Source: Candidatus Bathyarchaeia archaeon (GTDB lineage Archaea; Thermoproteota; Bathyarchaeia; Bathyarchaeales; Bathycorpusculaceae). Taken from it: a stretch of 48,497 nt of DNA. The DNA lies in NCBI GenBank assembly GCA_038883715.1, contig JAVZLS010000012.1:1-48497 (forward strand), in the 5' to 3' direction. A program made the translations under genes and the position numbers. The notes below the pieces were generated by a model that saw nothing but the letters and a program-made list of their open reading frames with translations, made no database searches and had not been told where the DNA came from. Shown one piece after another: positions 38,521 through 46,656 of the stretch. Position 1 is the stretch's first letter; every line of letters begins with the position of its first letter.

Positions 38521-39030
38521 ATGGTTAAGATTCATGAGAGAAAATTTGTTTCAGCCGATCCTGACAAGTGTGTTGGCTGCCAGGTCTGCGAGTACATTTG
38601 CGCTTGGACCAAGGAGAAGGCTTTCAACCCGTTAAAGTCACGGATACGGGTTGTTAGGCTTAACCCGCTGGTGAACATTTCTATTACTTGTAGACTTTGT
38701 GAGGACCCGCCTTGTGTTGCCGCTTGCCCAAGGGACGCCTTAACCCAGTCTGAGGAGAATGGCACAATAATCGTGGATGAGGATAAGTGCAATGGCTGCG
38801 GATGGTGCATTGAGGCTTGCGATTATGGGGCGGTTTCGCTTCATCCTGAGAAAAAGGTGGTTTTTATCTGCGACTTGTGCAAGGACAAGCCTGACGGGCC
38901 CCAGTGTGTTAAGTGGTGTCCAGAGGAAGCCTTAGACCTTGTCACGGCTGATGTTTTGGCTCAGAAAGCCCGTATAACTGCTACTAAGAAGCTTTTCCAA
39001 GAAGCCTTGAAAGTGGCTCCGCCGGCTTAA
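38521..39030 (+). CDS. 4x[4Fe-4S] ferredoxin-like subunit (AOR partner)
   Basis: CVGCQVCEYIC, CRLCEDPPCVAACP, CNGCGWCIEAC, CDLC..PQCVKWCP. Confidence 0.92.
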   Translation: MVKIHERKFVSADPDKCVGCQVCEYICAWTKEKAFNPLKSRIRVVRLNPLVNISITCRLCEDPPCVAACPRDALTQSEENGTIIVDEDKCNGCGWCIEACDYGAVSLHPEKKVVFICDLCKDKPDGPQCVKWCPEEALDLVTADVLAQKARITATKKLFQEALKVAPPA

Positions 39031-39151
39031 ACCATCCACCCTTTTTATTCTTTTATGGTTTTCCCTTCGGGGTTATTGAAGGGTTAGTCTTATTAGTGGC
39101 TTTGTTATTATTTTGTATTGTCTGATTTGGATTCTGAGCTTGTGGTTTGCT

Positions 39152-39433
39152 ATGGCGGGGTATGGAGGGGGAAGGCGTAGGCGGAGTCGGGTTGAGGTTA
39201 TCATTGAGATTTTGAGTGAGGCTTTGAATGGTGCTAATAAGACTAGGCTTATGTATCGTTGTAATTTGAATTTTGGGCGTTTTAACCGTTATTTGAAGGA
39301 GTTGTTAGACGCCGGCTTGCTGGAGCAAGTGGCTACCAATCCGGAGACGGGACTGATTTTGTACAGGACTACTGCTAAGGGGCGGGAGCTTCTAAAAATT
39401 TTGGAGATGGCTGGCGAGTTTCTTTCCGTTTAG
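39152..39433 (+). CDS. Archaeal winged-helix transcription regulator
   Basis: RRSRVEVIIEIL, KTRLMYRCNLN, YLKELLDAGLL, YRTTAKGRELL. Confidence 0.88.
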   Translation: MAGYGGGRRRRSRVEVIIEILSEALNGANKTRLMYRCNLNFGRFNRYLKELLDAGLLEQVATNPETGLILYRTTAKGRELLKILEMAGEFLSV

Positions 39434-39439
39434 CCTATT

Positions 39440-39850
39440 TTAGTGAATTTTGTTTATTGCTATTTCGTTTAGTTTTTTGTTTATTCGGATTTCTAGTTCT
39501 AGGCTTGTGTCTGTTAGGTTTGTTATGCGGGTGCATTGGATTATTAGGGATTTTTGGGGTGGGATTATTATGGTGCCTATGGCTGTGGCTGCTGGTGCGG
39601 TTTCTTGCTGTGTCTGTGCTTGTGCTGTGTTTGGTGTTTCTTTTTGGTTTATTATTAGGGTTTTCCAGTTTTGGTTTAGTTTTATCTGGTTTGTTGTGGG
39701 GTTGTGTTGTATCATGTCTGCCTCTGTTAGGAACTCCACTATTTTTTGGGCTTTTTCTGGTGGAATTTGGAGGGTTTCCGCGACTTCTTTTATGTTGTGC
39801 CATAAGTTGTCGTCAAGTAGGGCTAACAGTTTTTCCAGTTTTGTTGACAA
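39440..39850 (-). CDS. Winged-helix protein with a small C-terminal beta domain
   Basis: LLALLDDNLWHNIKEVAETLQIPPEKAQKIVEFLTEADMI HTH pattern; divergent from the fibre operon. Confidence 0.7.
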   Translation of the reverse strand: MSTKLEKLLALLDDNLWHNIKEVAETLQIPPEKAQKIVEFLTEADMIQHNPTTNQIKLNQNWKTLIINQKETPNTAQAQTQQETAPAATAIGTIIIPPQKSLIIQCTRITNLTDTSLELEIRINKKLNEIAINKIH

Positions 39851-39894
39851 ATGTTTTGCCTTCTTGACTTGGCGTTAAGATGGTTAAAGGTTTG

Positions 39895-40025
39895 TTGTTT
39901 ATAAACGGTTAAGGTCTTTTAGGCTAGACTATTAGTCTGGTTTTAGGTTTTTGTTCGTATGGTTTTGTTATAGTCTTTTGGTCTAGATTATTGTTTCATG
40001 GGGATTTATATGGAGTGACGTCAAA
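39895..40025. promoter_or_regulatory. Divergent promoter region with TATA boxes and palindromes
   Basis: TTTATAAA near 39898-39905, AGACT-att-AGTCT at 39926-39938, TTTATA at 40005-40010, TGACGTCA at 40016-40023. Confidence 0.5.
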
Positions 40026-40144
40026 CATTTGTTTGGTTAGGCGTTCTGGCCGGCTATATACTGGTTGGGCCGCGCGGCCTAGCCCGTGCCGAGGGAGGGG
40101 CACGTTAAATATACCCAAATGAGGAGAAGGAGAGTGAAAGGAAG

Positions 40145-40819
40145 ATGGATAAGAAAGTAATGGCAACGTTTGCATTGTTGATTGTGGCTTTGAGTGTTAT
40201 AGGATTTGCGTATGCCCATTGGAGTGGTCAACTTTATATTGAAGGCACCGTGAATATGGGTGAGCTTATCTTTGGATTTACAACATGCGGACCGTGCGGC
40301 GATGGCAAGATGGTGGATGGTAGAATTGTGACGCCGGAACCCAAAGACATTGGAGAAATCACTTGTAATCTGTTGGAACCTGAAACAAGTGTGCATTTGC
40401 CACAGCCAAAGACTGTGTATAAGAAGTTGAACATCACTATTACTAAGGCTTATCCGGAGTACGTAGCCTGGTGCAATTTCACACTTGACAACGGCGGAAC
40501 CATACCATTAGACGTGTACATGTACTGCGTGACAGTAAACACTGGCGATGGGCTTAGGTGGCACTGGAAATGGGTCGATGGATTGGGATGGATGATAGAA
40601 GGTTTCAAGGATTTAAATGAGAACGGTGAATGGGACGAAGGCGAACCAATTCTGATCAACATTTGGTTTGAGCCGATGTTCTTTGGACAAATTGACCCAT
40701 GCGAATCGAAGAACAGTAGAATATACATTCACATCAAAGAGCCAGCGGAACCATGCCACACCTACAAGTTCGAAATAAGCATCACAGCCTATCAGTGGAA
40801 CTGGGAAAATCTCGATTAA
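40145..40819 (+). CDS. Secreted TasA/CalY-like fibre subunit 1 with SipW-type signal peptide
   Basis: MDKK-hydrophobic-GFAYA|HWSGQLYIEGTVNMG; ITKAYPEY..FTLDNGGTIP; IHIKEPAEPCHTYKFEISI; no TM anchor. Confidence 0.75.
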   Translation: MDKKVMATFALLIVALSVIGFAYAHWSGQLYIEGTVNMGELIFGFTTCGPCGDGKMVDGRIVTPEPKDIGEITCNLLEPETSVHLPQPKTVYKKLNITITKAYPEYVAWCNFTLDNGGTIPLDVYMYCVTVNTGDGLRWHWKWVDGLGWMIEGFKDLNENGEWDEGEPILINIWFEPMFFGQIDPCESKNSRIYIHIKEPAEPCHTYKFEISITAYQWNWENLD

Positions 40820-40833
40820 GGAGGATGATTGAT

Positions 40834-41481
40834 ATGCATGCAAGTAAAAAGTTGATTGCCTTACCGCTTCTCTTTGCAATAGCACTATCCATAGCTGGCT
40901 TCGCATACGCTACTTGGTCGGACAAAATTTACATTAACGGAAGGATTGAAATGTGCGGCTTTAGTGTAGGCTTTGATTATGCGGAAACACCGTCTCCAGT
41001 TGAAAAGTACTGGGACAAGACGCTAAAACAATGGATGCCAGGCGAAGCAGAAGGAAAAGACGTCGGGAAAGTGGCTGCCTATTATGATCCTGAATCCCTG
41101 TACATAGACAAGCACACAGGAAAACAGGGATACAAAAAGATGATTGTCGAATTAACTAACGCATATCCATGCTACGCAGCCTTCGTCACCTTCAAAATAA
41201 ACAACACAGGACAATTAGCAGTTGACGTAACTGGCTACACAGTATCCGACCCAACAGGAACTCTCACCTTCACATACAACGCAGCTTCGGGGTGGTGGGA
41301 AGGAAGAGACGCTGACGGAAAACTGGTGTTAACCGTTAGAGTGGTAAACAATATTCCATTCCAGCTTGACGCTTGCCACGCTGAAAAGATGGAGATAGAC
41401 ATCCACGTAGAACAGAACGCATTAGAGTGCCACACCTACAAGTTCAGCGTTACCATAAACTACGAACAATACGACCCATAA
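40834..41481 (+). CDS. Secreted TasA/CalY-like fibre subunit 2
   Basis: AGGAGG then ATG 40834; GFAYA|TWSDKIYINGRIEM; LTNAYPCY..FKINNTG; IHVEQNALECHTYKFSVTI. Confidence 0.75.
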   Translation: MHASKKLIALPLLFAIALSIAGFAYATWSDKIYINGRIEMCGFSVGFDYAETPSPVEKYWDKTLKQWMPGEAEGKDVGKVAAYYDPESLYIDKHTGKQGYKKMIVELTNAYPCYAAFVTFKINNTGQLAVDVTGYTVSDPTGTLTFTYNAASGWWEGRDADGKLVLTVRVVNNIPFQLDACHAEKMEIDIHVEQNALECHTYKFSVTINYEQYDP

Positions 41482-41511
41482 TCAAACGAAAACAGCACCA
41501 GCAATAACAAA

Positions 41512-41530
41512 CCTCCCCCATTTTTTGGGA
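41512..41530 (+). terminator. Candidate intra-operon terminator after subunit 2
   Basis: CCTCCCCCATTTTTTGGGA pyrimidine/T6 tract in the 83-bp gap before the peptidase. Confidence 0.4.
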
Positions 41531-41564
41531 ATTCAAAGTCTAAAATAAATTAGGAAAATAGAAT

Positions 41565-42887
41565 ATGTCCCGTAACACGATAACAGTATTAACCGTGCTC
41601 TTATCAGTATTCATAATTCTAAACATATACCAACCGGGCGGATTGACGGCTTATATTCTCCCATCCATCTGCTGGGCAACTGTAGCCATAACCACGTTAT
41701 ACATGTGCCGTTTTGAAAAAATCCGTTCATGGACAAATAAGCGGATAACCTTCATGGCACTGCTTGTGGCATTCTTTCAAATATTCATATTTATAGATGC
41801 TGGGCTAATAAACAGATTTGGAAGAAGCCCGTTACTATTTACACCAAGCGCACTAGCCTTAAACCTAACACTGGTAACGACAACCCTTCTTGGAATAGAA
41901 CTGTCAAGGGGATACCTAACAAAAAACCTAAACAACAGAAAACCGACACTAACGCTTTTAGCCATAACACTCTTGTACACCTTCATGAGCATATCCATAC
42001 TCGCCCTAATCAATTTCCAAGACCCCCTAGCTTGTACAAAATTCATAGGAGAAACCTTCCTACCGACCCTTGCTGAAAACCTATTAGCCACATACCTAGC
42101 CCTATTAAGCGGACCAGTGGCATCCCTAGCCTACCGAATACCACTACAAGCATTCTGGTGGTTCTCCCCAATCCTACCAGACCTCCCATGGGGCTACAAA
42201 TCCCTAATAGGCGTAATGACACCAACAATAGGCTTTATAGCCATAAACATGGCGACAAACCATAGAGACCTAAGAAAGGCAGGAATACCAAAACAGAGAA
42301 AACTAACAATAGAAAAGATAAAAAGCCGAAAATCCATCAAAGGCTGGCTAGCCATATCCGTTTTCCTCGTCCTAGCCGTCTGGACATCAACAGGCTTATT
42401 GGGTTTCACGCCCACAATAATCGCCAGCGGAAGCATGCAGCCAACGCTTAATCCAGGCGACATAGCCATAGTTATATCCACACCACCAAAAGCCATCCGA
42501 GTAGGCGACATAATCCAGTACAGAACTGCCCAAAGCCAAGAGCCAACCGTCCACCGCGTCATAGACAAATACGAGGCTGGAGGCATAACATGGTTCATAA
42601 CCCAAGGCGACGCCAACAACGCCCCAGACAACCCGATAAGCGAACAACAAGTGGTTGGCAAAGTAATATTTACAATCCCAAAGCTGGGCTGGGTAAGCAT
42701 ATACCTAAAAGAGTGCGCCGCCAACGCCTACAATTTCCTAACGGTAACGCTTCCAAAAGCCCTGACAGAAGGCGGCAAATTCATATTGACAAACAGCATC
42801 CCAATAACAGCCGCCCTAACCCTAACCGCATACACTTACCTCTTACTCACATATCATAAAACAACAAGAAAGGAGGAAAAAACATGA
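41565..42887 (+). CDS. sipW: SipW/Sec11-type signal peptidase I fused to an N-terminal multi-TM domain
   Basis: IASGSMQPTLNPGD (Ser), VGDIIQY, TVHRV (His), TQGDANNAPD, VVGKVIFTIPKLGW, preceded by about 280 aa of hydrophobic helices. Confidence 0.85.
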   Translation: MSRNTITVLTVLLSVFIILNIYQPGGLTAYILPSICWATVAITTLYMCRFEKIRSWTNKRITFMALLVAFFQIFIFIDAGLINRFGRSPLLFTPSALALNLTLVTTTLLGIELSRGYLTKNLNNRKPTLTLLAITLLYTFMSISILALINFQDPLACTKFIGETFLPTLAENLLATYLALLSGPVASLAYRIPLQAFWWFSPILPDLPWGYKSLIGVMTPTIGFIAINMATNHRDLRKAGIPKQRKLTIEKIKSRKSIKGWLAISVFLVLAVWTSTGLLGFTPTIIASGSMQPTLNPGDIAIVISTPPKAIRVGDIIQYRTAQSQEPTVHRVIDKYEAGGITWFITQGDANNAPDNPISEQQVVGKVIFTIPKLGWVSIYLKECAANAYNFLTVTLPKALTEGGKFILTNSIPITAALTLTAYTYLLLTYHKTTRKEEKT

Positions 42888-43765
42888 AAAAATTGCTAAC
42901 AGCGCTAGCCCTAACAATATTGACGCTAATGGTAATAAGTTACAGTTACGCATGCTTGAACGGCGGAATCCAAATAAACTGCTACTGCAACTGCGACGTC
43001 AAATTCACAAAAGTAACAACAAGCGACAACGAAATAGAAAAAAATGTAGCCACAACAACAGCCATAATAGAAGGATGCGACGCCGACACGATAAAAGTTT
43101 ACATAACAAACGGCTACCCATGCTATGAGGCTTACATAAACTACACAATCAAAAATGTAGGCTCCAGACCCGTACATTTTGACGGCCTAACAATAATAAA
43201 CCCAAACCCAGAAGCCCTAGAAATAACAACAACAAACCACACATGCATATGGCTTTCACCATGCGAAAAAATAAGCGGACTAACAAGAGTTCACATCCTT
43301 CAAACAGCAGAAGAATGCCATACATACACCTTCAAAATAAAAATAGGCTTAACATGCCAAAAATACTATCCACGCACAATAGGCTTCTGGAAAAACCAAT
43401 TCGACAAAGCCCTATCCAAAGCAGGCAAACCACAAATAGACCTAGACAGCCTTGAAAGCTTCCTAGACCAAATAAGCGCCCAATCACCAATCTACGAGTT
43501 CACAGGCACACGCAGAGAAAAATTCCAACAGGCTCTAAATATCCTCAGCCCGCCATGGTACTCAAACATGGAAGCAAAACTCAAAGCTCAACTTTTGGCG
43601 TTGTGGCTAAACTACGTGGCAGGGTGGACTGAAGGCTACACGTACAAAGGCATGACAGCATGGCAAATAATTCAAGGCTCAGAAAACGCCCTACTGAACA
43701 AGCAAACCTGGCGCTACGAATACTGGAAAAACATGTGCGACGGATTTAACAACCTAGGAGGATGA
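42884..43765 (+). CDS. Secreted minor subunit: TasA-like domain plus C-terminal helical domain
   Basis: SYSYA signal; ITNGYPCYEAYINYTIKNVG; VHILQTAEECHTYTFKI; then RTIGFWKN..AQLLALWLN..DGFNN; ATGA overlap with the peptidase. Confidence 0.72.
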   Translation: MKKLLTALALTILTLMVISYSYACLNGGIQINCYCNCDVKFTKVTTSDNEIEKNVATTTAIIEGCDADTIKVYITNGYPCYEAYINYTIKNVGSRPVHFDGLTIINPNPEALEITTTNHTCIWLSPCEKISGLTRVHILQTAEECHTYTFKIKIGLTCQKYYPRTIGFWKNQFDKALSKAGKPQIDLDSLESFLDQISAQSPIYEFTGTRREKFQQALNILSPPWYSNMEAKLKAQLLALWLNYVAGWTEGYTYKGMTAWQIIQGSENALLNKQTWRYEYWKNMCDGFNNLGG

Positions 43766-44520
43766 AGGAAATGAAAAGGTATAGGAGAAAAACTTCAATC
43801 AATAAAGCAGTAAGCCTTTGCTCCCTAACATTGCTGGTCGCCCTGGCAATAGTAGGCTACAGCTACTCCCACTGGACAGAAAACATCCACATACAAGGAA
43901 CAATAACAACAGCCAAACAAAAAATCGCAAGCGTCCGCATAATGAAAACCCTAAACGGCTCCTTCACAAACCCATACACAGGAAACGACACATCAACACC
44001 AACAAACCTAATCCACGTTGGAACTGAAACGAGTCCAGGATGGCCAACAAAATTCCAGTTAATAATCACCGTGGAAAACAATGGCACAGTGCCAATAACC
44101 GACGCCGTATTCGACGTAATTGAAAACACTGTTGAACCAATAAACGCCACACCTAGCAAAGGCACAATAGAATGGTACTACAACCACACCACAGGCGGCG
44201 AATACGTCCAAAACTTCCTAAAATGGACCATTGGAACACTAGCACCAAATGAAGTGGCAACGCTTGAAATATGGATACAAACCCTACGCAACCCCTCAGG
44301 AAAATACGAACCCACAAGCGAAAACCAACCCCTCGAAATCAACAGAGGCGCCAACATAACAGCCACCTCAGAATTAGGAAATCTCTTTGCACAAACAGGA
44401 AACATAACTCTCATAATCGTAGACGATGGCATTCCAGACAACAATCTAGCGGTAATAACACCATCATTGCCATATTCCACTCCATGGGCAAGCGATGCAA
44501 TAAAAGAATACACGCCTTAA
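43762..44520 (+). CDS. Secreted minor subunit with SipW-type N-terminus and DUF11/Ig-like body
   Basis: GYSYS|HWTENIHIQGTITTA; IITVENNG..VFDVI; LKWTIGTLAPNEVATLEI; ATGA overlap. Confidence 0.7.
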   Translation: MKEMKRYRRKTSINKAVSLCSLTLLVALAIVGYSYSHWTENIHIQGTITTAKQKIASVRIMKTLNGSFTNPYTGNDTSTPTNLIHVGTETSPGWPTKFQLIITVENNGTVPITDAVFDVIENTVEPINATPSKGTIEWYYNHTTGGEYVQNFLKWTIGTLAPNEVATLEIWIQTLRNPSGKYEPTSENQPLEINRGANITATSELGNLFAQTGNITLIIVDDGIPDNNLAVITPSLPYSTPWASDAIKEYTP

Positions 44521-44668
44521 AACACACAATCACCCTTACGACAAACCGTTTTTTAAAATCTCAATTTAGAGTATGCGTGCTAATACCAATTTTTAAACCT
44601 AAAAACTAGAGGGGGGCTATCAATTTTGCAGTTCGACACTAACAACAAAATTGACAATCTACAGCCTC

Positions 44669-45160
44669 TCATGAGAGGACAGCCAACAAAACCTCCACAA
44701 TTTTCTGCGCTGCAGCCTCAACCTCCCCAGACAAGCCTTCCCCAAAATCCGTTTCTTTAGGCTCTATCAATAACAAAGCTATTTTTGCGCCTAACATTGT
44801 GGCAAGATATTCACAGAAAACCCGAAGGGGAAGCATATGCGTCGAAATAGCCGGAAAAACTCGAAGGTGCTCGGGCTTAACAAGCCTACACTCGCCGGGC
44901 TCCAAACCCATGACGGCGGCGTCGATAAGCAGCACATGTGAAGGCTTAAAGTCAGCTATTTCCTGAAGATAACTTTCAGGAACAGTTTCACACTCAATCA
45001 GCAAAACCTTGTCAGAAACTTTCCCTTGCAAGTCGCGGACAACTTTCACGCCGACAAAATCATCCATACGGATAGGGCTGCCAATACCAGCAACAACAAC
45101 CCTCACAGCGCCGGAAAACCAATCCCTCAACTTCTTCTCAAAAGAACTTTCCAACGACAA
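44669..45160 (-). CDS. hycI: [NiFe]-hydrogenase maturation endopeptidase (HycI-like)
   Basis: GIGSPIRMDDFVG, ETVPE, IDAA, STH; downstream of mvhA. Confidence 0.9.
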   Translation of the reverse strand: MSLESSFEKKLRDWFSGAVRVVVAGIGSPIRMDDFVGVKVVRDLQGKVSDKVLLIECETVPESYLQEIADFKPSHVLLIDAAVMGLEPGECRLVKPEHLRVFPAISTHMLPLRVFCEYLATMLGAKIALLLIEPKETDFGEGLSGEVEAAAQKIVEVLLAVLS

Positions 45161-45201
45161 AAGCTCTTCTCCAAAAATAGAAAGGAAGGGAAGTTAAGGC
45201 T

Positions 45202-46656
45202 TTACCTCTGCACCGTCTTAACGAGTTTCCCTTCACTGTCGTAGATTTCCACAGTCAATGGCAATTGCCCAACAGCAAAGTGGGTGGCGCAACCAAAACA
45301 TGGGTCATAAGCCCTAAAAGCCATCTCCACCATGTTAAGCAATCCCTGATCAACTTTGCCTCCTTGAATCAAGCCCTTAGCCGCGTTCCTAACCGACATA
45401 TTAATTGAAGGAGCATTATTAACAGTAGCCACAATCAGGTTGACATCCTTGATTAAGGCGTTCTCATCCAAGACGTAATGGTGAATCAACGTGCCCCTAG
45501 CAGCCTCAACAACGCCGACGCCCTCGCCGGGTTTGCCAGGCTTATTCCTCACATTGGTGCTTGTTATTTCGGGGTCTTTAACAAGCTCAACAGCCCTTTC
45601 AGCCGCGTACAGAAGTTCGATGAGCCTAGCCCAATGGTAAGCTAAAGTGGAGTGCACTGGTTTTCCGCCTAACGTCTTATACATGAGCTCATATTCCTCT
45701 TGGGCTAACGGCGTAGCCATGCCATCAGCAGCATTAAGCCTCCCCAAAGGACCAACACGGTAAATGCCACTACCAGGACCGTCAACAAAGCCCTTCCAGC
45801 CAACCTTCCTTAAGTACGGCTGCTTCACATAGGTCCATGGCTCCACCCGTTCGGCTATGTGCTCCAAATAATCCTTAGCCTCAAACTTTGCAAACTCCTT
45901 GCTGTTCGGGTCTACAACCCGTATTTTTCCGTCGTAAAAGTTCACCTTGTTATGCTCATCTACCAGACCCATATAATAGGTGCGCAGCGTGTAGGCGTCG
46001 CTCTTAATCAGCTCCACATACTTGGTGTTCTTCAAAACAATGTCATGGAAAAGCTTCAAAGAAAACCTTGCAAAATCAACAGCTGAAGTAACCATCTTTT
46101 CAATTTCTTGGCGGTTATCCTCGCTTAAAGGCTTAGATACCCCGCCCGGCAGCCCACAGACCGGATGAGTGGCTTTTCCACCAATCAGCTCCACTATCCT
46201 CTGACCATAAGCCCTATGCTTAATAACCTCCTTGGCAACGTCCAAGCCAGCCTTCTCAATAACCCCCAAAATATTGCGCTTTTCGGGCGGCGCGTTCGGA
46301 CCAACAACAAAGTCTGGACCGCCCAAATAATAGAAGTGTAGTGTGTGGTCGTAAATGTAGTAGCCACAATACATGAGTTCACGAAGCTTTTTAGCTGCTG
46401 ACGGTGGCTCCACATTAAAGGCAGCATCCAAAGCCTTTGTCCCAGCCATATGATGCGCAACCGGACAGACACCGCAGATTCTGCTTGTCAAAAGAGGCAT
46501 GTCCTCGGCCTTCCTCCCAATACAGAACCTTTCAAAACCGCGCAGTTCCGGGATTTGTAGGTAGGCGTTTTCCACCTCGCCAGCGTCGTTTAGGAATATG
46601 GCTATTTTCCCGTGACCTTCAAGCCTTGTTATTGGGTCAATTATTATCTCTTTCAT
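45202..46656 (-). CDS. mvhA: Group 3c [NiFe]-hydrogenase large subunit
   Basis: IDPITRLEGH, RICGVC (L1), RAYDPCFGCATH (L2) with a cleavable C-terminal extension. Confidence 0.92.
   Translation of the reverse strand: MKEIIIDPITRLEGHGKIAIFLNDAGEVENAYLQIPELRGFERFCIGRKAEDMPLLTSRICGVCPVAHHMAGTKALDAAFNVEPPSAAKKLRELMYCGYYIYDHTLHFYYLGGPDFVVGPNAPPEKRNILGVIEKAGLDVAKEVIKHRAYGQRIVELIGGKATHPVCGLPGGVSKPLSEDNRQEIEKMVTSAVDFARFSLKLFHDIVLKNTKYVELIKSDAYTLRTYYMGLVDEHNKVNFYDGKIRVVDPNSKEFAKFEAKDYLEHIAERVEPWTYVKQPYLRKVGWKGFVDGPGSGIYRVGPLGRLNAADGMATPLAQEEYELMYKTLGGKPVHSTLAYHWARLIELLYAAERAVELVKDPEITSTNVRNKPGKPGEGVGVVEAARGTLIHHYVLDENALIKDVNLIVATVNNAPSINMSVRNAAKGLIQGGKVDQGLLNMVEMAFRAYDPCFGCATHFAVGQLPLTVEIYDSEGKLVKTVQR

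Noticed and set aside
39435-39878. Four overlapping ORFs suggesting overprinted genes
   Set aside because: Extreme G/T versus A/C skew suppresses stop codons; only 39440-39850 (-) has a recognisable HTH pattern.
40145-44520. Type IV pilin/archaellin or viral structural gene cluster
   Set aside because: No class III signal peptides, assembly ATPase or TadC-like gene, and no viral hallmark genes; the cognate peptidase is S26 type.
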